NCBI GenBank assembly: GCA_964016885.1
Contig: OZ024766.1
Span: forward strand, 14,756,001-14,820,000
Length of the DNA: 64,000 nt
From: Eledone cirrhosa
Taxonomy: Eukaryota
Reading direction: 5' to 3'
The notes beneath the pieces are model-generated. The model ran no database searches and was not told the origin of the DNA. It was given only the letters and a program-made list of their open reading frames with translations. Within the stretch, counting starts at the first letter, position 1, and each line of letters starts with the position of its first letter. The position numbers and the translations under genes are program-made. Positions 25,010 through 38,300 of the stretch are shown here, in pieces.

Positions 25010-26690
25010 ATATTTTGAATAAACCTGTTTTACTAAGAAATTCTCCTTTCATTTTATGCCCGTACAAACACAGTCTTCTCTCTTACACACCACTTCAGCT
25101 CACTCTTAAACCCAGCTTCTTCTTGAACTTGTCCAAGCTCTCCCTTTCTCTCACACTTACACAACATATCCTACAAAGCATGGTTGTTTCATATCTCTCC
25201 AGTCTACATAACCTCTGCAGTCACAGCCCTTATTTCGTTACCATGCATCATTGCATATCACCCACATGTGTCATACAGTTGTCCTTTTGTACAGAGAGAG
25301 AGAAACCTTTTGTGGTCAACTGTTGCAGTAGCTCTCTAAACTTTTTCCATCCTATCCTTATTCTAGCTATACATCTTTCAGAGCAGCCCTCTCCACTTCT
25401 AATTAACTCACCTAGATTGCAAAATATATTTGTCAGCATACTTTATGAAGGGTCTGTTTGGAAGTGCCTCGCCTAATAAACAATGGTGCCATAACTGGAC
25501 TCAGAAACCAATGGTCACACATACATGGTAAGTTAGCTAAGAACGTAGGTTTTACATTGGTTCACTGCGCTGGAGAAGTAAGCAGCAATCACGTTTAGGA
25601 GACAAGCTCTATCAAATATTTAAAGGGTTCCATAGAAGCAGTTGACAGTTTCTGTTACCTGGGGTATCAAATAAGCAGTGGAGGTAGGTGTTCTGAAAGT
25701 ACAGTAACAAGAGTAAGAACAAGATGGCAGAGGTTTAGGGTGTTACTACTGCTGCTAGCTACAAAAGGTTGTTTCACCAAATTGATGTGTGCATATAAAC
25801 AGCAATGCTGCATTGCAGTGAGGACCCCAGAAGATTGGATAGAAATGAAGCTTGAATTCTCCGATGGATGTGTAATATTAATATACATGAAGGGGAAAGT
25901 GTAAATAAACTGAGAGAGAACCTGGGCATGAGAGGGAAAAGATACAGTATGCAGGAGAGGAGATTGCTGTGGTATGGACATGTGATGTGTATGAAGGTAG
26001 AGATGCTGTATAAAAGGTTGACCACTTGAAATTGATGGAAGAGGAAGACCTAGGAATGCTTGGGATGTGGAGGTAAAAACTGACCTGACACCATTGTACC
26101 TCTCAAAGGTGATGACACAGGATTGAAATCTCTGGCGTTATACAGTACTGCAGGAGACCTGCATTCCCATGTGCACGGGTTGACACAACATTTAGTGGTT
26201 TGAAGTATGCTCCAATTTTCCTCCCTTTCACATCTTAACACTCCACCCCCTTACCAGCTAAGTACACCACCCTGACCTACCTCTCCAATCCCCACTCTAC
26301 ATACACACAACCCCACCCCCACTTTCACATCTGATACACCTCTCTTGACCAACCCATGTATACAAGTAAGGAAAGCTTAACATTATCTCCTCCAATGCTG
26401 CTGAAATGGCTAAAAGCCCTCAGGCAACCCTGTAAGGTGGTCATGCAGGTGTCATGACAAAAGAACACTGAGTCCTCTCTGTTAGGTAACATGACAAAAG
26501 AACACCTAACCCTCCCTGCAAGGTAGTCATGCTGATGACATGACAAATAAGCACGCAGTCCACCCTGTGAGGTAGACATGACAGAAGGCCCCTAGCCCAC
26601 TCTGTAAAGTAGTCATGCTAGTGGCAAGACTGAAGGGACCCGAAGCACCCTTCAAAGTGATCAAATTGGTGACATGACTTGACACCATTT
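25010..26690. mobile_element. Old RTE 3' fragments in opposite orientations (~25010-25450 minus, ~25625-26690 plus)
   Basis: GWKKFRELL, WMCN and WYGHVM remnants. Confidence 0.75.
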
Positions 26691-27761
26691 TTTAGTTTAC
26701 TTCTAAAATATCTCATTTTTATTTTACTTCTAAAATATCTCATATATTTAAAAATTACTTATTTTAAAAAATTATTATTTATTTCTTAAAAAAATTACTT
26801 TTTAAAGATTATTTAAAATTTTTTAATATTTTTAAATATTTTTTTAATATTTTTAAACATTTTAAATAGTTTAAGTACTTTTTAAGTATTTTATTTTGTT
26901 AAAAGGGTTTTTTGAGTATCTTCTGAGATTAAAAAACATTTTTTTTTTTATTTTTCCAGAAATTTTTTCCAGAACTTTTAATATTTTAATATTTTTAATA
27001 TTTTTTAATTATTTAATATTAGAGTTATAACCAATAACTAATTCTGGCTATATATATCTTTCAACATTTATATCTTCGTCAAAATGGTCTCATACTAACT
27101 AATAAATAAACAAAGCTGGGTTTTTCAGTATCTTCCTAATTTAAAACATTAAAAACATATAAATAATCTTATTAACTCAGTTAATTTAATTACTTACACT
27201 AAATATAAACCAGTATCCCTCATAACTTATTTAAACAATTATCTATAACATGATATAGCCATTTATCCACTCATATATCTATTCTTCTATCTATTGATTC
27301 TCCTATTTTCTACTTTATATCTATTTATTTTCAATTTATTATTCAATGTCTTTATATATATTTATTTTTTCTATATATCTATTTTTCTATATACTTATAA
27401 TAGTAAATATTATATTGTATTATATTAGAATTCTAACAATAATTAGTAAATATACGTAACATTAATATAAACTTAATACTTATTTACGTTACATGAGTTC
27501 ATCCTCTATAAATGTCTTTCTTCTCTCTATCTCTCTATCTATCTCATAACAGTAATTTTTTTCTCTCTCTTTCTTCTCTTTCTTCCCTATGTTTCCCCAG
27601 CGTAATTTAAATAAACGGTTGTTTTTTCAATTTTTCATACATTCATTTGCATATTCACACATAACTTTGAATTACCCCTAATAAGTTTCCCCTATCCAGG
27701 GAATTTCCGACCGTTAAGGTTGATTTCCATGGGTATGTCGTTATTTATAAAACAAATTTTG

Positions 27762-27826
27762 TATTTTATCTGATGAAAGAGCACCAAGATTGACTTGGTC
27801 GCCCTTGAAATATATATAATAAAATA
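27762..27826 (+). ncRNA. Type I hammerhead ribozyme motif, copy 1
   Basis: TATTTTAT-CTGATGA-AAGAGCACCAAG attga CTTGGTCGCCCTT-GAAA-TATATA-TA-ATAAAATA: 8-bp stem I, long stem II, palindromic stem III, UA cleavage site at 27817-27818. Confidence 0.7.
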
Positions 27827-28894
27827 AATATGCAAAAGTTCTATTTAAATTGTTGGGATACAACGAGCAAATATGTTTATAACTGATATAAAGCACTCAA
27901 CAAGTATTTGGAATAAACATACGATATTAACAATCCTTTTGTATTTTATGTACTCAATTATACTATGTACTATATTGATTTATACTTCTCTCTATATGTA
28001 CTTGACATACATGTACATGTGTTCTATGCATTTTTATGAATATATGTCTGTCTGTATGTATGCATGCGTGACGCGTATCTACCAATTGGATGAGGATGCA
28101 CACACATGTATATATATGTATATGTAAGAATTGTGTGTGTACATGTACATGTATACCCATACAATTTGATTGCAGATAGACATAACTAACAGCCATAAAT
28201 GCATAACAGCTAATCTTATATATTTATATATATATATTAAAAAGAAATTGTTATAAAAAATATTTTATTTAATAACACAAAGGATGGATAACATTAAATT
28301 AAAAATTCATTTATGCTTTGTATGTATATATTATATACGTGGTTAGATATGGTGTGTATTTTGTGAGTGTGTGTATATATATATTTATGTGTATTTTTGC
28401 GTGTGTGTACGTGTTATATGATATGTAGTTCTCTAGCAATATATAGATTTCTTAATGTTTAGATTCCAATTTTTAATATATTGATCTCAATTTTTAAACT
28501 AAATATCTAATCATAGTTAAACAATGATTAATTTCTCATATTATGTATGTATATTCCATTCATGATTATTAATATTTCTAATTTTATTTATTCATTTCAT
28601 CTCAATTGTTAAGTTAACTTAATATGACATGACTTAATGTTTTCATTCTTTCCCCCTCTCTCTATCTCTCTATTTTTCTCTCTGTCTGGTGTTTTGATAT
28701 ATCTCTCTCGTTTTTCTCTCTTTTTTCTGTCTCCCTTTTCTCTCTCTCCGTCTTTTTCCTTATCTGTAACACAACGACTTATTTTAAAAATACTAATATA
28801 AGTAAACAACTCCACTATCCCTGAGTCTTCCAAAAGTAACGGTTGCATTTTGTAAGGGTATGTCAATATTTATTTATAAAACTGTTATATATTG

Positions 28895-28959
28895 TATTTT
28901 GTCTGATGAAAGCATACCATAATTTAACATGGTATCCTTGAAATATGTATAATGAAATA
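28895..28959 (+). ncRNA. Type I hammerhead ribozyme motif, copy 2
   Basis: TATTTTGT-CTGATGA-AAGCATACCAT aatttaac ATGGTATCCTT-GAAA-TATGTA-TA-ATGAAATA. Confidence 0.7.
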
Positions 28960-29027
28960 GATATGGTTTTATAAATATAGTTTCCATTTGTTAATATCGT
29001 ATAATAAAATAAATATAATTTTATAAA

Positions 29028-29405
29028 TCATCATCACCGTTTTACGTCCGTTCTTCCATGCTAGCATGGGTTAGACGGGTTGTCCTGTTGTGGGCAGTGT
29101 CTGGTCGGCTGACCATGCCTTGCTCATACACGTACTGATTTTGGCTTTTCTACAGCCGGATGCCCTTCCTAACACCAACCTCATTTACAGTGAGTGTTGG
29201 GTGCTTTTTTCCGTGGCGCCTATGCGTCCACTTTACAGTGTGGGCTGGGTGCTTTTTTTGTGTGGCACCTCCACGACCACTTTGCAGTGGGAGGGTGTGG
29301 GGGCATATTGTCTATATGCTTCAGCTTGAACCCATGGGAGGTCGGGTACTCTGTATTACTGCGTGACGCCAGAGGTCACGGTCGTGTGTCATCGCCTTTG
29401 AGAGG
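29028..29405 (-). mobile_element. RTE 3' end fragment
   Basis: Matches 17640-17900 and the RTE 3'UTR; (CAT)n end. Confidence 0.8.
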
Positions 29406-29669
29406 TGTGTGTTTATATATATATATATATACAAATAAATTATCGAGAATCGGAATCTCGGCCCATGAAATAATGAAACACAATCAAAGTGCTCAATAGT
29501 TTGGATAAACCAGAGCTATAACTAACGTTTAAATACCAACACACTGAGATAATGCTTAAAATCATTCGCACAGCCGAAAAAAACGACCAAGAAAATTCGG
29601 TTCAGACAAATAATAAATATATATATATATATTTTTTCTTTTAACATATATGTGTATATAAAATATATA

Positions 29670-29744
29670 CAGGGTCTCCCCCAAAATGTATACACACTTC
29701 AACTACAGTCTATGTAAGTGTGTATACATTTTGGGGGGACACTG
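29670..29744. mobile_element. 75-bp Tc1/mariner-type MITE
   Basis: TA|CAGGGTCTCCCCCAAAATGTATACACACTT ... AAGTGTGTATACATTTTGGGGGGACACTG|TA; ~30-bp TIRs. Confidence 0.85.
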
Positions 29745-30534
29745 TAATATACATATCATTAAACGTATCTCCTACATGTGTATAAATAAATATACATGTA
29801 TTTTATTAACAATTTTCTGTAGAATCTGTTAAAAATGGAAGAAAATGTGGAGACTAAATAAAATTAACGTGTTGGTCACATTAACTTAATAATATAACTA
29901 TATATTAATGAAATATGTCGAAATAAAAGTTGTAATTATGACAAAAATATAGATTCGGTAGTTTATTATGACCAAGATTGAATATTTAATGGAATTAAGT
30001 GGAATTTATTAGGAAATAAGACAATAAAACAGTGAAATGTTGTGGTTAAAAGAGAGAAAAACAAAATGTCCTCTCTTTATAAACTTTAATGTGGTTGAAT
30101 TAGTAGCGGCTCGGCTTACTAAACTCAGCTCTCTCAAGGGTTCGAATCTCACGTAGTTTACTATAGTGTCTACAGAGTTATCTCCTACTGCTTTTATATA
30201 ATTTCACTGTTTACACTACAGAGAGCGCTACAATCATTTACTAGTGTGACCAATGGTTTGCAGTCTGGCTAACTAACGCCAGGACTAAAGTGTTACATGG
30301 TTCCAACCGGGCTGGTTCCTTAATTTTTAAAAAGAGTTATCACCCATAGTCTTTCAGAGATTCCTCGAAAGGTGGCGTGGCGATCTGCTTTTATGAGGAG
30401 TAGTAAGAGACAATAATATATGTAAGGAGGAGGAGTGAGAGAGACAAAAACAAAACTGTGTTAATTCTTTCTCCCCCTCGCTTCTTTTACTCTATCTACC
30501 TGTTATGTCTTCATTTCACTGTTTTATTGTCTTA

Positions 30535-31432
30535 CTAGCAGTGTATCCCGGCGTTGCACGGGTAAGAACATTGGTAATAGCACCTCCAATGAGAAACCTT
30601 TATTTGTGAGTGCCTGTTAAAAACTCACAAACTGGACATGCTCACCGACATCCAGAGTTGACACTGCACTCAGTGCTCCTGTGGAAGCCCCTGCATGGAC
30701 ACACTGGAAGAGGAAGACTGAGGTGAACATATGTTGATGCCCTCAGGACAGACACTGCCCAACATTATTCATCATTAATTGAAATACAAGGTTCATAATT
30801 ATAATAAAATCTTCGAATAGACTACGAAGCCGGTAAACCTTAAAGGTACGCAACACACACATCGTTATAGCGTTTCACCAGGCAATTCCTTCCTCAATCA
30901 TTACATAGATGTGTGTATGTAATAATTATTTTGTATTGTGTGTCTATTTATGAATATGTATGTGTAGATGTGTGTGTGTGTAACACAGTAGATGTGTGTG
31001 TGTGTAACCCAGTAGATGTGTGTATGTAACTCAGCAGATGTGTGTGTATGTAACTCAGCAGATGTGCGTGTATGTAACACAGTAGATGTGTGTGTGTGTG
31101 TAACACAGTATGTGTATGCAACACACTAGGTGTGTGTGTATATATAACACAGTAGATGTGTATGTAACACAGTAGATGTGTGTATATGTAACACAGTTGA
31201 TGTGTATATATAACACAGATGTGTATGTAACACAGTAGATGTGTATATATAACACAGTAGATGTGTATATATAACACAGTAGATGTGTGTGTATGTAACA
31301 CAGTAGATCTGTGTGTATGTAACACAGTACATGTGTGTATGTAACACAGTAGATGTGTGTGTATGTAACTAAAGTGTAACGTACGTTACGAATGGACAAC
31401 TAAAAGATTTTAACTTATTTTTTAACAATTGA
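30535..31432 (-). mobile_element. Non-autonomous Helitron containing a minisatellite
   Basis: Minus-strand 3' end CCCGTGCAACGCCGGG hairpin then ATACACTG-CTAG|T. Candidate 5' end A|TCAATTGTT at 31432 (less certain). Internal ~20-24 bp AACACAGTAGATGTG(TG/TA)n array at ~30960-31370. Confidence 0.6.
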
Positions 31433-31904
31433 TGGTGGAAAAAAATTTAGATTGTCTCAATTCAGACCATAAAGGGCCGCAACACACGGTGTTTGACACA
31501 CTTACCGGCTACATAGCCTCGGAGTCTATTTTACTGAGACCGGCTACATATCTTCTTCCTAAAATCTTCCAACATAATTTTATACAAGAACCACATGTTA
31601 AGTTACTAATAAAATAATTAATAATTAAAAACTTCAGTAAATCCTTCAAATGATATCTCAGTAATGAAATAATTAATAATTGTTATAAATACCTCAAAAT
31701 TCCTCATTAATTAAACCCAAGACAGGTAAAAAACTCCAGAGTCTTTCAATCGGACATGAAACAAATTAATTTCTAATGGAAGAAGTAAAGATTTTAAAGT
31801 CAGCCAAGGGAGATCACTCTCAGCGACTTATCGTAATTCTTGTTCCTAAATTAATCCGGATGAAAATATTCCGGTGTATTTTGTGTGGAGGAAACCGGAT
31901 TTAG

Positions 31905-32225
31905 GCGGTGATAGCACGCAGTACATGAACGTATGGTTCGTGAGTTCGAATCCCATACCGGGTGGTCTGTACGTCGGGGCCTTGAACAAGACACTTTATT
32001 TCTCATTGTTTTATTTCACCCAGCTGGCAAAAATAATAAGTTGTAATAATTATAGTGGAAACGTTGTTACATAGAATTGTCACACTGAATCTCCCTGAGA
32101 AGAATGTCAACGGTATACGTGTCAATGAAATGCTCAGACACATTATAATATAAGATGGGTTCTACATGTATTTCAAAGGGAAGCCATGCCATACGTCTTG
32201 CTGAATCTCCCTGAGAACTACGTAT
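31905..32225 (+). mobile_element. Old tRNA-derived SINE
   Basis: GAGTTCGAATCC B box, CCTTGAACAAGACACTTTATTTC body, CTGAATCTCCCTGAGA as in the 2000-2535 copy. Confidence 0.7.
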
Positions 32226-32231
32226 ATACTA

Positions 32232-32955
32232 GTGACTATCAGACATAGTGTATCTAGGATTACATTATCTAATGTACAGTACAGTAGTTAGTATTAGTGG
32301 CTATAAGACATAGTATATCTAGGACTACATTATCTAATGTACAGTATAGAAATTAGTATTAATGGCTATCAGACATAGTGTACCTAGGACTACATTATCT
32401 AATGTACAGTATAGTGTCTATCAGACATAGTGTACCTAGGACTACATTATCTAATGTTCAGTATAGTGGCTATCAGACATAGTGTACCTCGGACTACATT
32501 ATCTAATGTACAGTATAGTGGCTATCAGACATAGTGTATCTAGGACTACATTATCTAATGTACAGTATAGTGTCTATCAGACATAGTGTATCTAGGATTA
32601 CATTATCTAATGTACAGTATAGTAGCTATTAGACATAGTGTACCTAGGACTACATTATCTAATGTACAGTATAGTGGCTATCAGACATAGTGTATCTAGG
32701 ACTACATTGTCTAATGTACAGTATAGTGGCTATCAGACATAGTGTATCTAGGACTACATTATATAATGTACAGTATAGTGGCTATCAGACATAGTGTACC
32801 TAGGACTACATTGTCAAATGTACAGTATAGTGGCTATCAGACATAGTGTACCTAAGACTACATTATATAATGTACAGTATAATGGCTATCAGACATAGTG
32901 TACCTAGGACTACATTATCTAATGTACTATATAGCAGTTAGTAATTGTGGCTATC
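32232..32955. repeat. 52-bp minisatellite, about 13 copies
   Basis: Unit GTGGCTATCAGACATAGTGTACCTAGGACTACATTATCTAATGTACAGTATA; terminal copies are ~13 bp longer. Confidence 0.95.
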
Positions 32956-32974
32956 ATTATTATAGACTTCAAGT

Positions 32975-33139
32975 CGGTAGAGGGTCAGACGCCATGCTTT
33001 CCAGCATAGTTACATACCTTTACGATCTGAGTTCAAATCCCGCCGAGGTTGACTTTGTCTTTCATCCTTAGGGGGTCGATAAAATAAAGTACCAGTAATG
33101 CACTGGGTAATTGCTGGTCTTGTGCCTAAAGTAGAAACA
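32975..33139 (+). mobile_element. 5'-truncated Nin-type SINE with a 19-bp TSD
   Basis: ATTATTATAGACTTCAAGT at 32956-32974 and 33140-33158. Confidence 0.9.
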
Positions 33140-33578
33140 ATTATTATAGACTTCAAGTAAATCTTTGTCAACTTACCTCCTTCACATATAATCAATGTGT
33201 TGTGTTGTTAGTTGTTACTAAACAACCAAAGAAATAATCTCTTTGTTATCAAATTAAAAGTTTCAAAGATGTTATCAGCTTTATTTCACGACATTAACGT
33301 TGGTGTATCTTCTTCATCTTTAGTCATGAATTGATATCTTGTCAGAATGAAGTAGTGAGGATGACTTTATGTCTTTAGCTACAGATTTGATAGGAAATAT
33401 ATATATATTAGGTTGATATGTGGTCTAAAATATATATATTGTCTATAAATGACTGATAGCAGATGTTCTGGTGAAATAGTAGTTTTACTACTACAGATTG
33501 TAATGGAACTCTTAGTAGACACAATTGTAAAGTAAGAATAGATATGACAGTGTAAGACTGATGTCGGGGAAATTTACT

Positions 33579-33629
<51 letters not shown>

Positions 33630-33661
33630 GTTACACAAGATATAATTAGATTAATTAAAGT

Positions 33662-33850
33662 TATAATTGTTTCTACTTTAGGCACAAGGCCAGCAATTAA
33701 CCAGTGCATTACTGGTACTTTGTTTTATCGACCCCGTAAGGATGAAAGGCAAAGTCAACCTCGGCAGGATTTGAACTCAGATCGTAAAGGGACGTAACTA
33801 TGCTGGAAAGCATGGCGTCCGACCCTCTACCGATACTGCCAATTCACCGC
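33662..33850 (-). mobile_element. Nin-type SINE
   Basis: Near-identical reverse complement of the 32975 copy. Confidence 0.85.
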
Positions 33851-34747
33851 AATGAAGGCAGCAGGTACTCGGTGTCGTTGTGCATGTTTCAACTCTCTTC
33901 CCGGTGTCATACGTTAAAAGTCCCTGATATAATTTATACCTTCAGACACAGTTCCAATCGTTTTTAGTTTATTGTAAATCAGAAAGTATCACTCAATAAA
34001 ATATCAATTATATATCAATAAGAAAACCTCTAGGTAGTCTCACTGACTGCTAGAAATAGCAGCGATATTACCCATTACAACTGCTCTCTCTCTCTCTATA
34101 TATATATATACACACATATATGTACGTATGTATGTATATGTGTATATATGTGTATGAATGAGTGTGTATGTGTGTATATGTGTACATAGGGTTTTGGTAT
34201 ATGTACGTTTGGTGAACATATGTGTATTTACCTGTAGGTATGTGTGAGTGTGCGTTCTATACGCATTTATGCGTGTATATTTATATATGTATTTATAATT
34301 ATATGTATATATACACACACAAACATATATTTATATGTGTATTTGGTGCATACAATCGTATGTGTGCGGGTATATGTGTTGCGCCGGTTTACGTCCGTGC
34401 GCGCCTGTTTATGTGTACGTATATGTATATGCATGCATGCCGTGAGTTTTTGCATATGCTCGTGTATAAATGTGTGTATGTATATATTTAATTATTATTA
34501 CTTTTATGATTTTAATAACATCTGTCATTTTCGTTCAACTAATTTATTTACATTATTCTGGACTCCGAAGCCGAGCATCATTCAGTTTCCTTAATAGAAT
34601 ATTAGTCTACGACTCCATTTACACCATAAACGTGGTTTTGTCTTTACGTGTAATTGTTGTCACCGCTCCACATAACGACGTATTATCTTCTTTTTCCCGT
34701 TCATTGCCAGGGAACGTCTTCACGAATCAAAGCATAAATTATTTTCA

Positions 34748-35308
34748 CGAGCTGACGTACCCAGCTTCGCCCGGGTAAACAGATGATAAAAGAAAAGGTC
34801 CCTATTTACTCCCTTCACAACTCTGTATGTTAGACTGACAGACAGGCACACAGACAGATAAACTGCGTGGCGATTGTGGAACGCCGCACGTATACACACA
34901 TACACGCACACAAACTTACACACACACCCGTGCACTTACACACACGCACACACTCACACATGTTGATAGTTTTTACTTTCTGTGGAACGCTGCACGCACG
35001 CACACATACATAAACATACGCGCACGTACATACACACGCACACATGTTAATAGTTATTGCTTTACTCCCCCTCTTATTTCCACACACATCACACACACAC
35101 ACGTCTCTACACTGACACATATACATAGTGTATCCAACACAGCGTTCACTTTGCCTCTCTCTCGCCTCTCACTCTCTCATTGGCATTATACATATTAATT
35201 TAAGTTTGGCGTCGTTGAGGTGGGCGGAGTCGTTAGAAACCTATGAACCAATGATAATCGAGAATTATGACACACGGAATATTGACATTGTTGAAATTAA
35301 TATATAGA
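34748..35308 (-). mobile_element. Mini-Helitron (deletion derivative of the adjacent element)
   Basis: Its 5' ~510 bp aligns with 39938-40349 and its 3' ~45 bp with 35309-35350 (TACCC..GGGTA hairpin; terminus CTCG instead of CTAG). Confidence 0.9.
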
Positions 35309-38300
35309 CTAGCTGACGTACCCAGCTTCGCCAGGGTAAACAGATGATAAGAGAAGACAGGTAAAAGAGAAAATGTCTGTATTGGATGTTTGTCTGGTTA
35401 CAGTGTGAAGCGAGTCCGTGTTGTCTGTGTGATACAAAAAAACTGTAAAAGAAATCTTCCAGATATACCAGATTCTTCGTTGTCCGGTTTGTGCATAGTA
35501 TATGAACAATTCTAGGTGCTCCCACCTAGAATAGTGACCTCTAGGAGATGGTTCCTCTTCGGCCTGACTGGAAAACGTGTATCATTGCATAGACGTGGTT
35601 GTTCCACGTTTCTCAAAAGGATGATGGAAGTTCCAATCTTTTATATTATATGTAGATATAGATATAGATAATTAATAAAAAAGATGTCCGTCAATGTAAA
35701 GAAGGTCCCTATTTACTTGAAATGGTTTATACAAATGCCAAATTAATATGGATATGGATAACATGCTTATCTATAAGTGGTCAGCTATAATAATAATCCA
35801 ACAAATTATATGACACAAAAATTTATTCAGTAATTTCCAGGCTCTTAGCCACTGAGTAATAGACAGTCAATATTGCCCAGATTTCAACTCGGGGAGGTGG
35901 CCTGGTTTGAACTCAAAATGGCGGATCCTTCTACTTCGAAAATAGAATGGTTTTTCAATATTACTCTAGCCCTGGCCGGCCATAGGCACCAAACTTTTTG
36001 CCAGACTCAGCATATGATGAGGTTTTATTACCACTGCAATCAGAAGCGATAAATTTGAAGGCAATTTCTACCAATACTTGTTGGTTTTTATTGCTCATTA
36101 TCGACAATAAATGACATTGAACATAAATGATAACTCTGCCAAAGCTCACAATACAGATGAAAGGAAACCAATGTCCGAATCATATACGTCGCTTATTGAT
36201 AGCATTAAAGATATGCATACATCAGCTCAAAGCTTCATTATAGACAATATTTAGGTTTGTTCCTCTGTTAGTGGTATCAATTGCAAATTTTATACCATCA
36301 GGATCGCACACTCGAGATGCAGCAACATAGAGTTGCCCATGGCTGGATCATTCAAGCAGATACCGACTCGCTTGAAAGTCTGTCCCTGTGCCTTGTTGAC
36401 AGTCATGGAGAAGGCCAAATTGACGGGAAACTGTCTCCTTTGCCAAATAAATGGCAGCAGATCTTCACTTGGTCTCAGCATGATCCTCGGAATGAGAACC
36501 GATGCCTCTCTGCCTGGGAGTTTAGCTTCTAAAACTCTTCCGTTAATCAATCTCTCAACAATCAATCTGGTACCATTGCAAAGACCCATTTTATGATTGA
36601 TATTTCTAAGCAATATAATCGGCAAACCCTTTTTCAACCTCAAAATATGTGGGGGAAATCCGGGTATTTGAAGTGAATTCAGATACTCAGTCGGAACATC
36701 CATACTGTTCTGCTGATTAGGCTCCATTGCATCCGCACTGACGGTCAACCATTCCTCTCCAGGAAACATTCCGGCTACTTGTGAATTTATTTCATCGACC
36801 GTTGCATTCGTATGAGTTAGAATAACACGTTCCGATATTCAGGAGATATTCTGCCAAAAAGCATTCAAATTAGGGAACACCCAGTCAATCAAGCCTTGGC
36901 GGTCCAGTGGCATGACCAAATGGTCTGGGATTTATACAGTCTGATTATCACCAACGTGTGGCAATTCATCGTTTCCCAACTGCATCAACCATCGGCCGTA
37001 TGTCTCAGCCTCTTCGTTTTGCCCGAACATAGGAAGTCGCATATTATCGTGTAATCGCAAAACTCTGAAATGGCGCCACAACGGGGACTTTTTCAGACAT
37101 GCATTGACAATTTGTGCTCTTTGAGCATTCCTAACAATTGGTAGCACCTGTCTGAAATCGCCACCAAGAACGATAGTCTTACCACTGAATGGCAGGTCAC
37201 TACCGCAGATATCTCTCAAAGTTCTGTCCAATGCCTCCAGCAAATATCTGTGTGCCATTGGAGCCTTGTCCCAAATAATCAGAGACGTATTGCGTATAAG
37301 GCCCGCGAGTTCACTTTGTCCTGTAATATTACAGAAACTCAACTTATCTGGAGCCAATGGAGCCTTGAAGCATGAGTGGAAGGTCCTTCCACCACTCAGC
37401 AAAGTGGCAGCGATGCCCCTGGTGGGCACAAGGAGAGCAATCTTCCTCTGAGCTCTGACTGCCGATAACATAGTGTTGAAACAGAATGTCTTTCCGGTGC
37501 CTCCTGGAACATCTATGAAAGCACAAAGTTGCTCATTAGTGGAAATCGAGTGGAGAGCGCCATCAACCAATTCTCTGTGAGATTGGGTCAACATTGGCAT
37601 ACGTTCATCCACAATACGTTGCTGTTCCAGTGGATCAAACTGGAATAGTTCCCTCCGATCGAGTGGCAACCATCTAAGCTGCAATCTCATGTTCAATGCT
37701 AAGACACGTTGCCGCATTTCTTCATCAGGAATTGGTAAATTGAAATCTGTTAAACATTTCAAATGAACTTCGAGCAGTTGCTCAATATTGAGCAAAACAA
37801 TAGCTTTCAGCAAATTTTCATCATAGACCTAAAGATGATGCCTAAAATCATCAGCCATAATTCCCCAATGGCGTTCAAATAACTCTCTTGGATCGGCAGG
37901 ATTGCAGAATCCTAGAATCGTGACAAACAACTGCCTTATTCGAGCTGGCATCTGTGTTGTTCCTGCAGCTTCCATGGCGTTATACCATTCAGCGTCATCC
38001 TGAAGGAGTCCCAGATGCTGACACACAGCCTGGTATCTTTTATATTCCACGCCATTGATTGTTTTCAAATCAGCGAAGCTCTGTTTACCTCTCGAAAAAT
38101 CACTATGCAACAGAATTCGGAGATAAAACACATCACCAGATGCTGGATGGACATTACAAACCCGTCCAATAGTCATGAATCTCAACTTTTGTTTTCTATC
38201 ATTCCATTTCTTTCCCTTCTTATCCCACGTATAGTGCGAAGGGAAATCACAGTAGAGTTGCTTTTGATCCGGGTTCAAAGCATGTTCCCTATTATGCTTG

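Noticed and set aside
27045-27090. Minus-strand hammerhead-like TTGACGA...GAAA
   Set aside because: Core C is mutated and stem II does not pair convincingly.
30091-30155. tRNA gene (GGTTCGAATC B box)
   Set aside because: No cloverleaf could be formed; more likely an old SINE head. The same applies to the other A/B-box hits.
33177-33215. Coding exon for the lectin C-terminus (TLIICEG resembles L.LCEV)
   Set aside because: In-frame TAA a few codons upstream, and it lies on the wrong side of the lectin N-terminal exon.
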